IMG/VR virus record: IMGVR_UViG_3300031957_001682
Coordinates: 43,633 to 107,632 of that record
Source: a virus
Length of the DNA: 64,000 nucleotides
Direction: 5' to 3' (one strand)
Shown here: positions 1 to 9,550 of the stretch, piece after piece
Numbering within the stretch: the stretch's first letter is position 1
Layout of the letters: every line of letters starts with the position of its first letter
Translations under genes and position numbers: made by a program
The notes under the pieces: generated by a model
Databases searched by the model: none
The model's input: only the letters and a program-made list of their open reading frames with translations
What the model was told of the DNA's origin: nothing

Positions 1-392
1 CGCACTCTTTTGAACGCTTGTCCTCCAATGGAAAATCCTTGCAAATTACCCTTACGGATTTCTGCGGCCACTTCACGAGCCTTTTCAATGTCGTTGCGAA
101 GTGAAACAACCACAAACATACCAGTATCGTCAACTTCGGATTTCCACATCCTTCCGTTTGAGTCAACATAGGAGTCAATAACTTCTCCCACTTGAATGTT
201 AGAGTGAGCGAGTTGCACATTGCGGAACTTGTCACTCTTCATAAATCCGCCAAAAGCATCCTTTAGTGCTGAACGGGTAATGAGGTCGCCTTGCTTGTCC
301 ACCAGTTCAACTGATGCGTAGCCAGCGATAACCATGTCGGAACTGCCCTTGATGAGAGCAATGCCGGAGGTAGGTCGCTTGAGGGACAACAT
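1..392 (-). CDS. HK97-type prohead maturation protease (partial, runs off the window start)
   Basis: Hand translation from ATG 392 (SD GGAGGGT): MLSLKRPTSGIALIKGSSDMVIAGYASVELVDKQGDLI...QLAHSN...GNLQGFSIGG. The GYAS/DxxGD, His and GFSIGG (catalytic Ser) motifs match the Caudoviricetes prohead protease family. Confidence 0.85.
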   Translation of the reverse strand, partial: MLSLKRPTSGIALIKGSSDMVIAGYASVELVDKQGDLITRSALKDAFGGFMKSDKFRNVQLAHSNIQVGEVIDSYVDSNGRMWKSEVDDTGMFVVVSLRNDIEKAREVAAEIRKGNLQGFSIGGQAFKRV

Positions 393-432
393 TACCCTCC
401 GATTCATTGTCATGGTATATAGAATGATACTA

Positions 433-3400
433 TTACACTGAAAGAGTTGGAGTATCGTTTTCATCGTCATAAACGATGGACTCGTCTTCATCGGTCTTCA
501 TTTCAATGTGTTTTATTGGCTTTTTCTTTTTTTCTGCGGAATCGGGTTTTATTTCCCCTTCATCCGGTCTTTTCTTTCCGTCATAATCCGGTAAGTTGCT
601 TTCTTCGGTTAATTTTGTAGGACCGCTTGGAGATTCTATAGGTGTAGCCATATCAATTCCTAAGCCTCTCGGTCCAGTCCAAGTCAATTTTTCTTTAGCA
701 AGTTGGTCTAAAGCCCTACTGATTACTTCAAGTGCCTTTTTTGTTGAAGGTTTAAGCAAACGATTGTCGTCTTTTTCATCCAACACCCCTGCCGATTGCT
801 CATCTTGTTTTTTACGACTCGGTACATCTTTTTCATCCATTTCTAACTTCATAAGATGACCTTCAATCATCAATGGAGCAACGGTATGCCAATACGGGTG
901 AAGACTTTCTGCTAATGTAATTGAGTAATTTGACTTTCTCAAATCACCCAAAGCGGAAGAAGGTGTGTGTAAATACCAATTTTCTCCAATTCTTTCAACT
1001 TGATATGTCACTGTGTCGATATTTTTCAAAATTACTTGAATAGTATTGTTGTGATATTCTAAATCGTGTGGTATGAGTATAGGTGAAAATGATTTTGTAA
1101 GTAAGTCGAGGGATTCTGTGCTGGCCGCACCTTCACCTTCACCTTCACTTTCTATTTGTCCCACTTGTACATTGTACACATCTCGACTTTTTCTTCGTTT
1201 TTTAGAAACACCAGTGATAGTTGCTCGAACAATATCGCCAACTTTGAATGCCTTTTGTTGATTGTGTGCTGTTCCTACATCCATGTAAAATTTGTTTTTA
1301 TGTGTCACAGCCCGGTTGCCCAATGATTCACCATCAAGAATTGGACCAGCACCAAGTTGGTATGAGAATGGACCATTACCCTTACGGTTAAGGATAATAA
1401 AATTGAAGTCACGAGTTTTACGCAGTAATAACCACTTTGGATGACGACGCTCTCCTTTCATGTATGTAGATTTGTTGTCACGCAGAAGTACAACTTTATG
1501 TTCATTCTGCAAAATTTTAACAGCATCTTCAAGTCCTTCTTCATCAGTCATTTTAGTGTCATGCGGGCCGGGAATAATGACATTTTCATGGCTATCAAAC
1601 TGCCCTCTTAGCACTTTCATGCGTTCATGCATCAACATTTCACTCACATTAGTATCATCATAATTGATAATGTCGATGATGTTCAAATCTTTTTCACCTA
1701 CAATACCATCAATAACAAAATTATTGTCATTTAGTTCTGCAAGGCTTTCTTTGAAGGCTTTCTTCAATCCTACTTTACGGCCATTCTCGTCGTAAGTGGT
1801 AATTTCATTGTCTTTTTGTACGATAATAACACGCTTACCATCGTACCATTTACTTACAACCCAAGAACCACTGAACCCTCTTAAGTGTTCAAGGTCGCTT
1901 AAATCAAAGATACGATGCATGGGTCGTACAGGTGGAACCCATTCAGCATCACTACTCTTTGTTAAAAGAACATCCGGGTTCAAAAGAGAAGCAATATATT
2001 CTCCCATCTCCCCCAAAGCAATACGGTCTTCTGCTGTTTCGTAAGTTAATGGATTCATTGCTAAAGCCGGTGATGTGGCATTTTGTACTGGTATGCTTTC
2101 TAAACTTTGAAGCACTTGACTACCTACTTCTTTCCCGTGTAAACCAGTAATTGCATCTTGCCATGTATTTTGAAACAACTTTGGTTCAGTAAAAGTTCCG
2201 ACTATGGGTTCACCATCACTTGAAAAATCAATTCCAAATGTTGATTGTTGAGGATTAGCCACTGAATGTACTACACCGGCTCCGGTGTGTGTTGGAATAA
2301 TACCATAGGTATCGGGGTTTATTCCACCTACAGGTACAGGTTCTTCATTAAAACCAACAGACAGTGTGGTTTTTTCTTGAGGTGCTATATTATCAATGTT
2401 AATTTGATTTTGATTCAAGGCAACAATACTATCAAGTCGGTTTTTTGAAGCACGAGTCTTGTATTTTTTCTCCCCCGAACCAACACCAAAACGATTGTGA
2501 ATGTCAAATTGCTTACCACCAGCATCAAAGAACGATAAACCAGCAGGTGACATAAGTGAGTCATCGGCTACAGTGCGTACAACATTGCTTGTAATACTGT
2601 GAACTGGGTGTTGCTTCCATTTTTCGTGTTTTGGTTGTGCGTTTTCCATTGCAGTGTGGAAGCCTTCTTTTACACTGTCTTGTAAAAATTCATCATCACC
2701 AGCAAGGTGATGCAAAAAGAAATCATCATCAAATTTACCGCTTTCCATAAGTTGGCCCACGGTACTCACATGCAAGGGTTGGTTTGTATTGTTAGATTCG
2801 TCAATTATTCGTTGAACATGTGAAGCCATGCGGTTTTTTTGTTCTGTGGTTTTTGGAGTAAGACCAAGACCTTCTAAAACTTCATCGGTGTTCATAGTAC
2901 CGTCAACGGTAAAAATTTCGTCACCTTGCAGGTGTTCGGTTATTTTTGGATGTACACCCTTTTGTCGTTGGGGTACTTTTTCAGTTGTATTACCAAAACG
3001 GTATGCTTGAGTTTTGATACCGTGTACATCATGCGGTACTATACCCAACATTCTTTCAGCCTCAAACATCAGTCGATTGTGATTTGCAAGGAACTGTTGA
3101 GGGTCTGTTTTTGCTAATTCTTCACTAAAGTGATTTGGGTCATGTTCCAATACACGAGGTAGTAAAAATTGTGCGGCTTGAAATACAGACTCACGGCTTG
3201 CTTTGAGTAAGTTATTGAAAACTTTAGCATCTGCCTCAACAGGATTGGTTTTACCAAGTGCCCTCTTTGCGGCTTTACCTTGTAGTTGATTAAGTTCAAC
3301 TGTGAGTTCTTGTATTTCATTCATAATGCGCTTTGCCCCTTCGGGACTAAACTCTCCTTGTGCCGCAGGGTCATAGAGTGTTGATTGAAGTTTTTCAATT

Positions 3401-6369
3401 TCTGTACGAATATCTTCTTCTCTTTGAACAGAAGGGTACATACCACCCATTGATAACGCTCTATGAATAGTGTGAGCATCAAATGGTAGTAGATTACCTT
3501 CCTTATCAAGAGTTTTAATTTTACTCTTGCCAGTCAAACTTTCTTTTATGTTTTCTTTTCTTTTTTCTTGTGCCAGTTCATAACGGTGGTTTGTCAGCCA
3601 GTTATGTAAACCTTCAATGTCGCCAGTATTGAGTGCTACATCTTGTTGAGTAAGAGCATCCTTAAGTTGTTGAAATTCTATGTTATTTTCATCGTCATCA
3701 ATATCCCCATGAAGGTGATTAAAAACTTCGGTTGCTGAATTGTTGTTCAATTTTGCTAATGCAGTTAAAATCCTCATATTTTTAGCATCATCGGCGTTTC
3801 TAATGTACCGCTTAGTATGTGTAAACGATGGTTGTGTTTGCCCCATTCCTTGAAAATCTATGAAATCGTCATGGTCAGCACCATAAGTGACAGGTACATT
3901 TCCATCTTTTAATGCCTTGAGTTGTTCTATTGAAGTTTTGTTGGGTGCATGGGGTGAATTACTTCGACCGAGCATAGTTTTGAGGTAATGTAGTTTTCTT
4001 TTCTTTGCTAATATAGGCGTATCACCGCTATGTGATGAATATGCTTGTTCGGGATGAGTAGTTTTCATAGCGTTAGATGTAATGGATGGATGGAAATACC
4101 GTGTTTTAAATTTCTTCCTTTCTGCACTGTTCATATTCCTTATTGCATATTCTGTTTGAGGTGAAAGCGTTGTTTTATGAAGAGTCCAGTTATGTTTTTC
4201 ACCTGCTAATGTTTTTGTAAATACATTGGCTGGTGAAAATATGTTTTCCAACAAAGTGCGTTTATCACCTTTATCGAACTTTTTTGTGACCGGGTTCCAA
4301 GTACCAACAGGATTTGCTTTTCCAGTACCAAAATGTAATCCCAATGACATATTTTCGGGGTTTACATTTAATGGTTCATACTGTTTTGAACCTGTCATCG
4401 TATTAGTGTGCGGTATAGTTTCAAACATTGAAGAAAACTCCGGCATAGTATCGTCTTCCTTTATGCTTGAAGTTTGTACTGGTTTTTGACCTTCACCGGT
4501 AAAGGGGTTAAAAGGCTCATCAGCATCTATGGAAGCAGGTAATAGTTCATCGAGTGTTGATTGCATTCCGGGCGATAAACTGTGAATTATTTCGTTGTAA
4601 GCAGAATGAGTCATACCTGCTCCACCACCTACATCAAAACCTTGACTCCAAAATTTAGCCGGTCCTACGGTGAAATTACCATTACCACCAAGTTGCCAGT
4701 GTTTGGGTACATCTTCATCGGGATGAGGGCCATGTGGGGATTGAAGGAAAGTAAGGTGTTCCCTCATTTCCTTTCCTCTTGATGCGATATTACCGCTTAA
4801 TTTTGCTTCTTCTTCCATATTTTCTATGTCTTCTAATGGTATAATAGGACCATCCATGTTTCCGTAAATAGGGTGTTTTAACAGTGGTTTACGGGTTTTA
4901 GGGTCATAACCGGCAAGGAAAAGAATATCTTCCATTGACATAAATGTTTCATGTGGACCTTGCATGATACTTTTCTTTTTTGGTCGATGGTTTCTTGATG
5001 ATGCCCATAGACCCTTTACTCCATCTTTTGTTTCAAGAGGGTAAGATTCCGCCATGTCATTTTTGTCAAGATTCAATTTTGGTAAGAAACTGAATGGTTT
5101 ACCTACCCACTCACCGTTTTGGTCTTCTTCGATACCATGAGCATCATGCAACGCTTCAATGATATAATCAGCAATAGAACCAGTTGCTTCTTTTTTATCA
5201 TCTAAAAGTTGGTATGTATGTACGCCTTCACCAAAGGCATTTTGCAAAAATCTGTTATTACCTTGACTATAATCTTCCATACTTTCCATACGATGATGTG
5301 CATTAGCACCTCTATGTTCATCACCTCGTGTAGCCCAATTTAACTCCGGTGTACGACGAATTAAGTTATTCCAAGCAATGCGAGCAGAAGGTATTGTTTC
5401 ACCGTTAGGTAATTTTAGAAGAGGGCTTTTATCAAGACCACCTTCTTCATGTATTCGACGCATAACTGCTGTACGCTCAACAGGGTTTAGCCATTCAAGA
5501 CCATACATGTACCCCTCATGACCAAGTGCTGATGGGTGTTTATCACCATTTTCATCAACAACATAACCGTCACTTACCCATTGCTTGGCTCTTGCTTCAA
5601 AATGAGCAACTCGCAAGCGATTCTCATTTTCTTCTGCCGAACGACCCTCGGAAAGATTTGCCTCATTCATTTTGATAGCATCAATGTTATTTCGTTTCCA
5701 TCGTTGATAATCTCGTTGATACAAGTCATCTTGATGAGAAACATTGCTACCATTTACTCGGATTGGTCCTAAAAGTGTTTTTTTGTTGTGACCAAAAATA
5801 AGTGGACTTTTGACCTTTTCAAGTTCATCGTGTAGTAAACCTTCCATTCGTGCTTCTTCTTTTGAGTGTCCGTTGAAAATGTGACTTCTAAACTTCTCAA
5901 CAAAAGCCGGATAACCACTTGTGGAATTAGTATGCAATAAAGGATAAACGGAAGAATGGAATGGAAAATGCATTTTTGTGTAGGGTGAGCCGGGTTCGGG
6001 GGTAAAAGAAGGCCATACAGCATGAGAATGCATTATGTCTTTTGCACCACGCAGACCTTTATTCCAAATATGATTTGTAGGTTCATTGTAAATTTCTTGA
6101 CGACCAAGAAGCATACCCGGTCCTTCTGCTACTCCCGCTTGGGTATTTACCGTAGCAATATCTTGACTTGCTATTTTTTCTCGTTGTGCGTCATCTTTGA
6201 CAATCATTTCAGCACTGTATTTCAAAGTACGAAGAGTGTCATCGGTAGGTGCTTTTTCTAAAGACTCCCACGCTATAATGTATTCTGCGGCATTAAAGGC
6301 TAAATCCTTACCATCGGCTAATGACAAAAGAAAGTCATCTTTTACAATGTTGAAATTTTCTGCCACCAT
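433..6369 (-). CDS. Giant (1978 aa) putative virion protein with C-terminal degenerate ATP-dependent DNA ligase (NTase+OB) domain
   Basis: Ligase-like motifs lie at about nt 1090-1930 (SKWYDGKR, FVIDG, IDIINY, YMKGERRHPKWLLLR, OB-like region), but key catalytic residues look substituted. The gene sits between portal and protease. Confidence 0.7.
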   Translation of the reverse strand: MVAENFNIVKDDFLLSLADGKDLAFNAAEYIIAWESLEKAPTDDTLRTLKYSAEMIVKDDAQREKIASQDIATVNTQAGVAEGPGMLLGRQEIYNEPTNHIWNKGLRGAKDIMHSHAVWPSFTPEPGSPYTKMHFPFHSSVYPLLHTNSTSGYPAFVEKFRSHIFNGHSKEEARMEGLLHDELEKVKSPLIFGHNKKTLLGPIRVNGSNVSHQDDLYQRDYQRWKRNNIDAIKMNEANLSEGRSAEENENRLRVAHFEARAKQWVSDGYVVDENGDKHPSALGHEGYMYGLEWLNPVERTAVMRRIHEEGGLDKSPLLKLPNGETIPSARIAWNNLIRRTPELNWATRGDEHRGANAHHRMESMEDYSQGNNRFLQNAFGEGVHTYQLLDDKKEATGSIADYIIEALHDAHGIEEDQNGEWVGKPFSFLPKLNLDKNDMAESYPLETKDGVKGLWASSRNHRPKKKSIMQGPHETFMSMEDILFLAGYDPKTRKPLLKHPIYGNMDGPIIPLEDIENMEEEAKLSGNIASRGKEMREHLTFLQSPHGPHPDEDVPKHWQLGGNGNFTVGPAKFWSQGFDVGGGAGMTHSAYNEIIHSLSPGMQSTLDELLPASIDADEPFNPFTGEGQKPVQTSSIKEDDTMPEFSSMFETIPHTNTMTGSKQYEPLNVNPENMSLGLHFGTGKANPVGTWNPVTKKFDKGDKRTLLENIFSPANVFTKTLAGEKHNWTLHKTTLSPQTEYAIRNMNSAERKKFKTRYFHPSITSNAMKTTHPEQAYSSHSGDTPILAKKRKLHYLKTMLGRSNSPHAPNKTSIEQLKALKDGNVPVTYGADHDDFIDFQGMGQTQPSFTHTKRYIRNADDAKNMRILTALAKLNNNSATEVFNHLHGDIDDDENNIEFQQLKDALTQQDVALNTGDIEGLHNWLTNHRYELAQEKRKENIKESLTGKSKIKTLDKEGNLLPFDAHTIHRALSMGGMYPSVQREEDIRTEIEKLQSTLYDPAAQGEFSPEGAKRIMNEIQELTVELNQLQGKAAKRALGKTNPVEADAKVFNNLLKASRESVFQAAQFLLPRVLEHDPNHFSEELAKTDPQQFLANHNRLMFEAERMLGIVPHDVHGIKTQAYRFGNTTEKVPQRQKGVHPKITEHLQGDEIFTVDGTMNTDEVLEGLGLTPKTTEQKNRMASHVQRIIDESNNTNQPLHVSTVGQLMESGKFDDDFFLHHLAGDDEFLQDSVKEGFHTAMENAQPKHEKWKQHPVHSITSNVVRTVADDSLMSPAGLSFFDAGGKQFDIHNRFGVGSGEKKYKTRASKNRLDSIVALNQNQINIDNIAPQEKTTLSVGFNEEPVPVGGINPDTYGIIPTHTGAGVVHSVANPQQSTFGIDFSSDGEPIVGTFTEPKLFQNTWQDAITGLHGKEVGSQVLQSLESIPVQNATSPALAMNPLTYETAEDRIALGEMGEYIASLLNPDVLLTKSSDAEWVPPVRPMHRIFDLSDLEHLRGFSGSWVVSKWYDGKRVIIVQKDNEITTYDENGRKVGLKKAFKESLAELNDNNFVIDGIVGEKDLNIIDIINYDDTNVSEMLMHERMKVLRGQFDSHENVIIPGPHDTKMTDEEGLEDAVKILQNEHKVVLLRDNKSTYMKGERRHPKWLLLRKTRDFNFIILNRKGNGPFSYQLGAGPILDGESLGNRAVTHKNKFYMDVGTAHNQQKAFKVGDIVRATITGVSKKRRKSRDVYNVQVGQIESEGEGEGAASTESLDLLTKSFSPILIPHDLEYHNNTIQVILKNIDTVTYQVERIGENWYLHTPSSALGDLRKSNYSITLAESLHPYWHTVAPLMIEGHLMKLEMDEKDVPSRKKQDEQSAGVLDEKDDNRLLKPSTKKALEVISRALDQLAKEKLTWTGPRGLGIDMATPIESPSGPTKLTEESNLPDYDGKKRPDEGEIKPDSAEKKKKPIKHIEMKTDEDESIVYDDENDTPTLSV

Positions 6370-6381
6370 AATTTCACCGCC

Positions 6382-6549
6382 TCATTGTAGCGGTTGAAAT
6401 TTAGGACAAGCAAAAATATCCATACCGGGATGTAATTTACAACCTTCTCGTGGATTACCCCCACAAGTTAGGCAAGTCATTGGTTTACCCTGCTCGACTT
6501 CTTCACGAACTGCCGCTTTGGGTGACTTGATTACCATGATGTAAGCCAT
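6382..6549 (-). CDS. Small Cys-rich hypothetical protein (55 aa)
   Basis: Hand-translated ORF MAYIMVIKS...CLTCGG...C..H...CPKFQPLQ that fills the gap in the operon. Confidence 0.5.
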   Translation of the reverse strand: MAYIMVIKSPKAAVREEVEQGKPMTCLTCGGNPREGCKLHPGMDIFACPKFQPLQ

Positions 6550-6558
6550 GTGACCACA

Positions 6559-7014
6559 TCACTCGCCTTGATTATCTTCTCGCTCAACACCAGTACCAAC
6601 ATGTGGGTTCATACGACCGCCAAGTTTACCCAAGTCAACTTTTTTGTCATGCTTGTCACGCTTTGGTTTACCATCTTCATATTCAATGGTGTTGCCATTT
6701 GTGGTGTAGTAAGCGGTTTTGGTTTGCCCACCGGATTCGGTGACCAAGTGAGGGTTCACATCGGTGATTTTTTCTTTTGGAAGTGGCTTTGGGTTTTTGA
6801 TTGCGGCTTTTGCCATCTTTCCACCACAACCCATTTTCATGCAACCCATCTTGTTCATTTTAGAACCGCACTTAGGACAGTCTTTACACTTACAAGGTTT
6901 TTTTCCACAGTCACACTTGCCTTTTTCAAGAAGACCTAAACGATTGTTCATTTCTTCTGCTTTTTCAAGTATCTGCTTAACTTCATAACTTATTGCTTCA
7001 AATCTTGGCTTCAT
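6559..7014 (-). CDS. Hypothetical head-module protein with Cys/Lys-rich segment
   Basis: 151 aa ORF with SD GAGGTG and segment CDCGKKPCKCKDCPKC. Confidence 0.6.
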   Translation of the reverse strand: MKPRFEAISYEVKQILEKAEEMNNRLGLLEKGKCDCGKKPCKCKDCPKCGSKMNKMGCMKMGCGGKMAKAAIKNPKPLPKEKITDVNPHLVTESGGQTKTAYYTTNGNTIEYEDGKPKRDKHDKKVDLGKLGGRMNPHVGTGVEREDNQGE

Positions 7015-7016
7015 AC

Positions 7017-7352
7017 TTACACCTCGGTTTCTTTTGCTGATTGTGCCATTTCATGAATATCTTCCCACGACATATTGTGGAACTCTTCATTTGTTTGCGG
7101 CACAGAAGAGTTTACACCTTTCATAATTGAATCATCATTCATGTCATTACGAAAAGCATCGCCAGTGACATTTTCAGTAAATGGTGTTGTTGCTTTCACC
7201 ATGCCCATTTTTTTCAACATAATAGTTGGATTGTTAATCATCTTACGAAGGCGCATGTTTTCTTGCTTGAGTGATTCAAGGTCGCTGTCCATGCTTTCCA
7301 TCTTTGTAATTAAAACACCCATCAATCGTTCCGCATCCGATTGTTCAGTCAT
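7017..7352 (-). CDS. Hypothetical coiled-coil protein (head module)
   Basis: 111 aa ORF with SD GAGGTGA and an N-terminal heptad pattern. Confidence 0.6.
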   Translation of the reverse strand: MTEQSDAERLMGVLITKMESMDSDLESLKQENMRLRKMINNPTIMLKKMGMVKATTPFTENVTGDAFRNDMNDDSIMKGVNSSVPQTNEEFHNMSWEDIHEMAQSAKETEV

Positions 7353-7362
7353 TTAAATCACC

Positions 7363-7719
7363 TCATTGAGAGTGTCGGCCAAAGGTTCCGGTGACACGGG
7401 TATAGTTTGATGGTCGAACTCCGTTTGAAACAGTACCAGTAAGTCGTTGTCCTTGAAGGGATTGAGCCGAAGCAGGTCGATTATCGAACTTCATAACAGG
7501 TGCGCCACCAGCGTAAATATCGTTAGGACCAATAGTAAGACCACTTTCAGCCTTAGCAATAGCGGCAGACAAATCTTCCGAAAGATAGTCTGCTACCTTA
7601 CGCAATTCATTCAATTGTTGCTTTGCTAAGTTAGCATCACCATCTGTCAAAGCACTAATGAATGCTTTTTGATGTTGTTCCATCTTTCTTGCCATTGGGT
7701 CCATTTTGATTAAATCCAT
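7363..7719 (-). CDS. Hypothetical head-module protein
   Basis: 118 aa ORF in the operon directly after the portal. Confidence 0.6.
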   Translation of the reverse strand: MDLIKMDPMARKMEQHQKAFISALTDGDANLAKQQLNELRKVADYLSEDLSAAIAKAESGLTIGPNDIYAGGAPVMKFDNRPASAQSLQGQRLTGTVSNGVRPSNYTRVTGTFGRHSQ

Positions 7720-7762
7720 GTTCAGCCCTACCTTATCCCATGTTGTTGCTCTTTAAGAGTCT

Positions 7763-9550
7763 TTATGCACCTTTGAAATTTCTTGCATTCAAAAGAGCAT
7801 TGCTATTCTGTTGCCCAATAGAGGGTTGTGGACCTCTTTGTTGCACACTTGTTATTGGAGAGCCACTACCAGCCGATGTACGGCGTTGTGGAGCGGCTGG
7901 TCCTCGATTACGGATTCCCATACCTTGACCGCCGGGTTGTGGTGGCGGCATCGGCATACCACCCATTGGCATACCCGGAGGCATACCTCGCATCATTGGT
8001 GCGCCACCCATTGGCATACCCATTGGCATACCCGGTGGTGGCATTCCTCCACCCGGCATAGGTGGTGGCATTCCTCCACCCGGAGGTGCGCCACCCGGAG
8101 GTGCGCCACCCGGAGGTGCGGCAGGTTGTGGTGGAGGCTTACGATACACAAACCGAATATCGCTACTCGACTCTCCATCAACCAAGTCGGCTACAAAGCC
8201 AAGTTGAGTCATTCGCTGTGCTACATTGAGTTCTTGCTCATCACGGCGTAGTCGAGTAATTTCATCTTCTTCTTCGTTTGGATAAAGAGTGAGTTTCCAA
8301 TCATGAACCCCCATTTCTTTCAGCATCTTAGGGAATAAAACATCAGTGTAAATTTTTTGTCCAAATTCAACAGCACGATTTGTGACAAGAATTTGCATAC
8401 CTTCATTACTCAAGCCACCCGACTTACCGCTATCAACCATGAATACACTTGAAACACCAAAGTAAGCCGCAATACGATTACGAATTTCATCCCGAACTGC
8501 AATGTACTGCATTTCTTCAAGAGTGTCCATAAATTTAATCCAATTCACACCACCACGGCCAGTTTGACTTTCAATACCGACCTTTGGAATATAATGCGGG
8601 TCACGCTCCATTTTTTCATCAACAGACTTCCAAAATGATTTCATTGACTCAAGGTTATCAGTCGTGACTGAAATAATACCCTTTGGCATTCTTCGCTTTT
8701 GATAAGCAGTGTACATGTAGTTATCCATCGCTGTAAGTGTCATTGCTTGTCGCCACATTGTATTAACTGGTGAACGACCGTACAATTTAGATGGATTGTA
8801 TTTACTCAAGTGAAGAACTTCACCTTCAATGAAATACTGTGTTTTACCACTACCAGCCATATTGACATAGTGAACATCATGTAAGTCCATTCCGCATGTT
8901 TCACAGGTATCACTTTCGCTGTGTGTTTTTACTTGGTCCCTGTGTATTCTGCAAACTTTGTATCGCCCACCACGGACACCACGCTTATCAGCAACAATAC
9001 GCATAAAGATGGGGTCACCCCGAATCATTTCTTTAACACGGAAAAATGCAACTTCTTTTGATTCCGGGTCAATGTAGTATTCTTTTACCAAAATTAAGAA
9101 TGCATCATCAACAATGTTTAGGTCGTTTTCAACTTCATTAAGAATGTGAATGAATGCTTGGTCCATGCTATTGTTTTGATTTAACAACCATTTGACATAG
9201 GTAATTTCATCATGGTCGGGGTCACGCACCGGACCCTCGCAAACATTACAAACTTGAACTTCGTGTTGGTATTCTTCACCACAGTCAGTGCATTTTTTAT
9301 GAAAACGCTTTTCAAAATAGTGTCCTCTTCGGAACATTTCTTGTCGAATTTTTGAAAGAACCGTTCTTAAAATCAAACACTCGGTACTTACTGCATAAAG
9401 CGCAGGTATGGTAATACCCTGTGCCATGACTGGTTCTTGAATACCACTTGTCCAAAGTGGCATGGTTGGAGTTGGAGATTGCTTACGCTTGAATGGTTTT
9501 CCAAGCGCACCCAAAAATCGGCTTATTCTGCTATCGTCATCTGCCATCAA
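7763..9550 (-). CDS. Portal protein with two Zn-ribbon inserts and a Pro/Gly/Met-rich C-terminal tail
   Basis: Position between terminase and protease. Portal-like motifs YGRSP, PKGII and IAAYFGV. CxxC pairs present. Confidence 0.75.
   Translation of the reverse strand: MMADDDSRISRFLGALGKPFKRKQSPTPTMPLWTSGIQEPVMAQGITIPALYAVSTECLILRTVLSKIRQEMFRRGHYFEKRFHKKCTDCGEEYQHEVQVCNVCEGPVRDPDHDEITYVKWLLNQNNSMDQAFIHILNEVENDLNIVDDAFLILVKEYYIDPESKEVAFFRVKEMIRGDPIFMRIVADKRGVRGGRYKVCRIHRDQVKTHSESDTCETCGMDLHDVHYVNMAGSGKTQYFIEGEVLHLSKYNPSKLYGRSPVNTMWRQAMTLTAMDNYMYTAYQKRRMPKGIISVTTDNLESMKSFWKSVDEKMERDPHYIPKVGIESQTGRGGVNWIKFMDTLEEMQYIAVRDEIRNRIAAYFGVSSVFMVDSGKSGGLSNEGMQILVTNRAVEFGQKIYTDVLFPKMLKEMGVHDWKLTLYPNEEEDEITRLRRDEQELNVAQRMTQLGFVADLVDGESSSDIRFVYRKPPPQPAAPPGGAPPGGAPPGGGMPPPMPGGGMPPPGMPMGMPMGGAPMMRGMPPGMPMGGMPMPPPQPGGQGMGIRNRGPAAPQRRTSAGSGSPITSVQQRGPQPSIGQQNSNALLNARNFKGA
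8075..8120. repeat. 15-bp tandem repeat x3 (CCACCCGGAGGTGCG), encoding APPGG in the portal tail
   Basis: Seen directly in the sequence. Confidence 0.8.

Noticed and set aside
433-6369. Call as an active ATP-dependent DNA ligase
   Set aside because: The catalytic Lys and Glu positions in motifs I, III, IV and V appear substituted.
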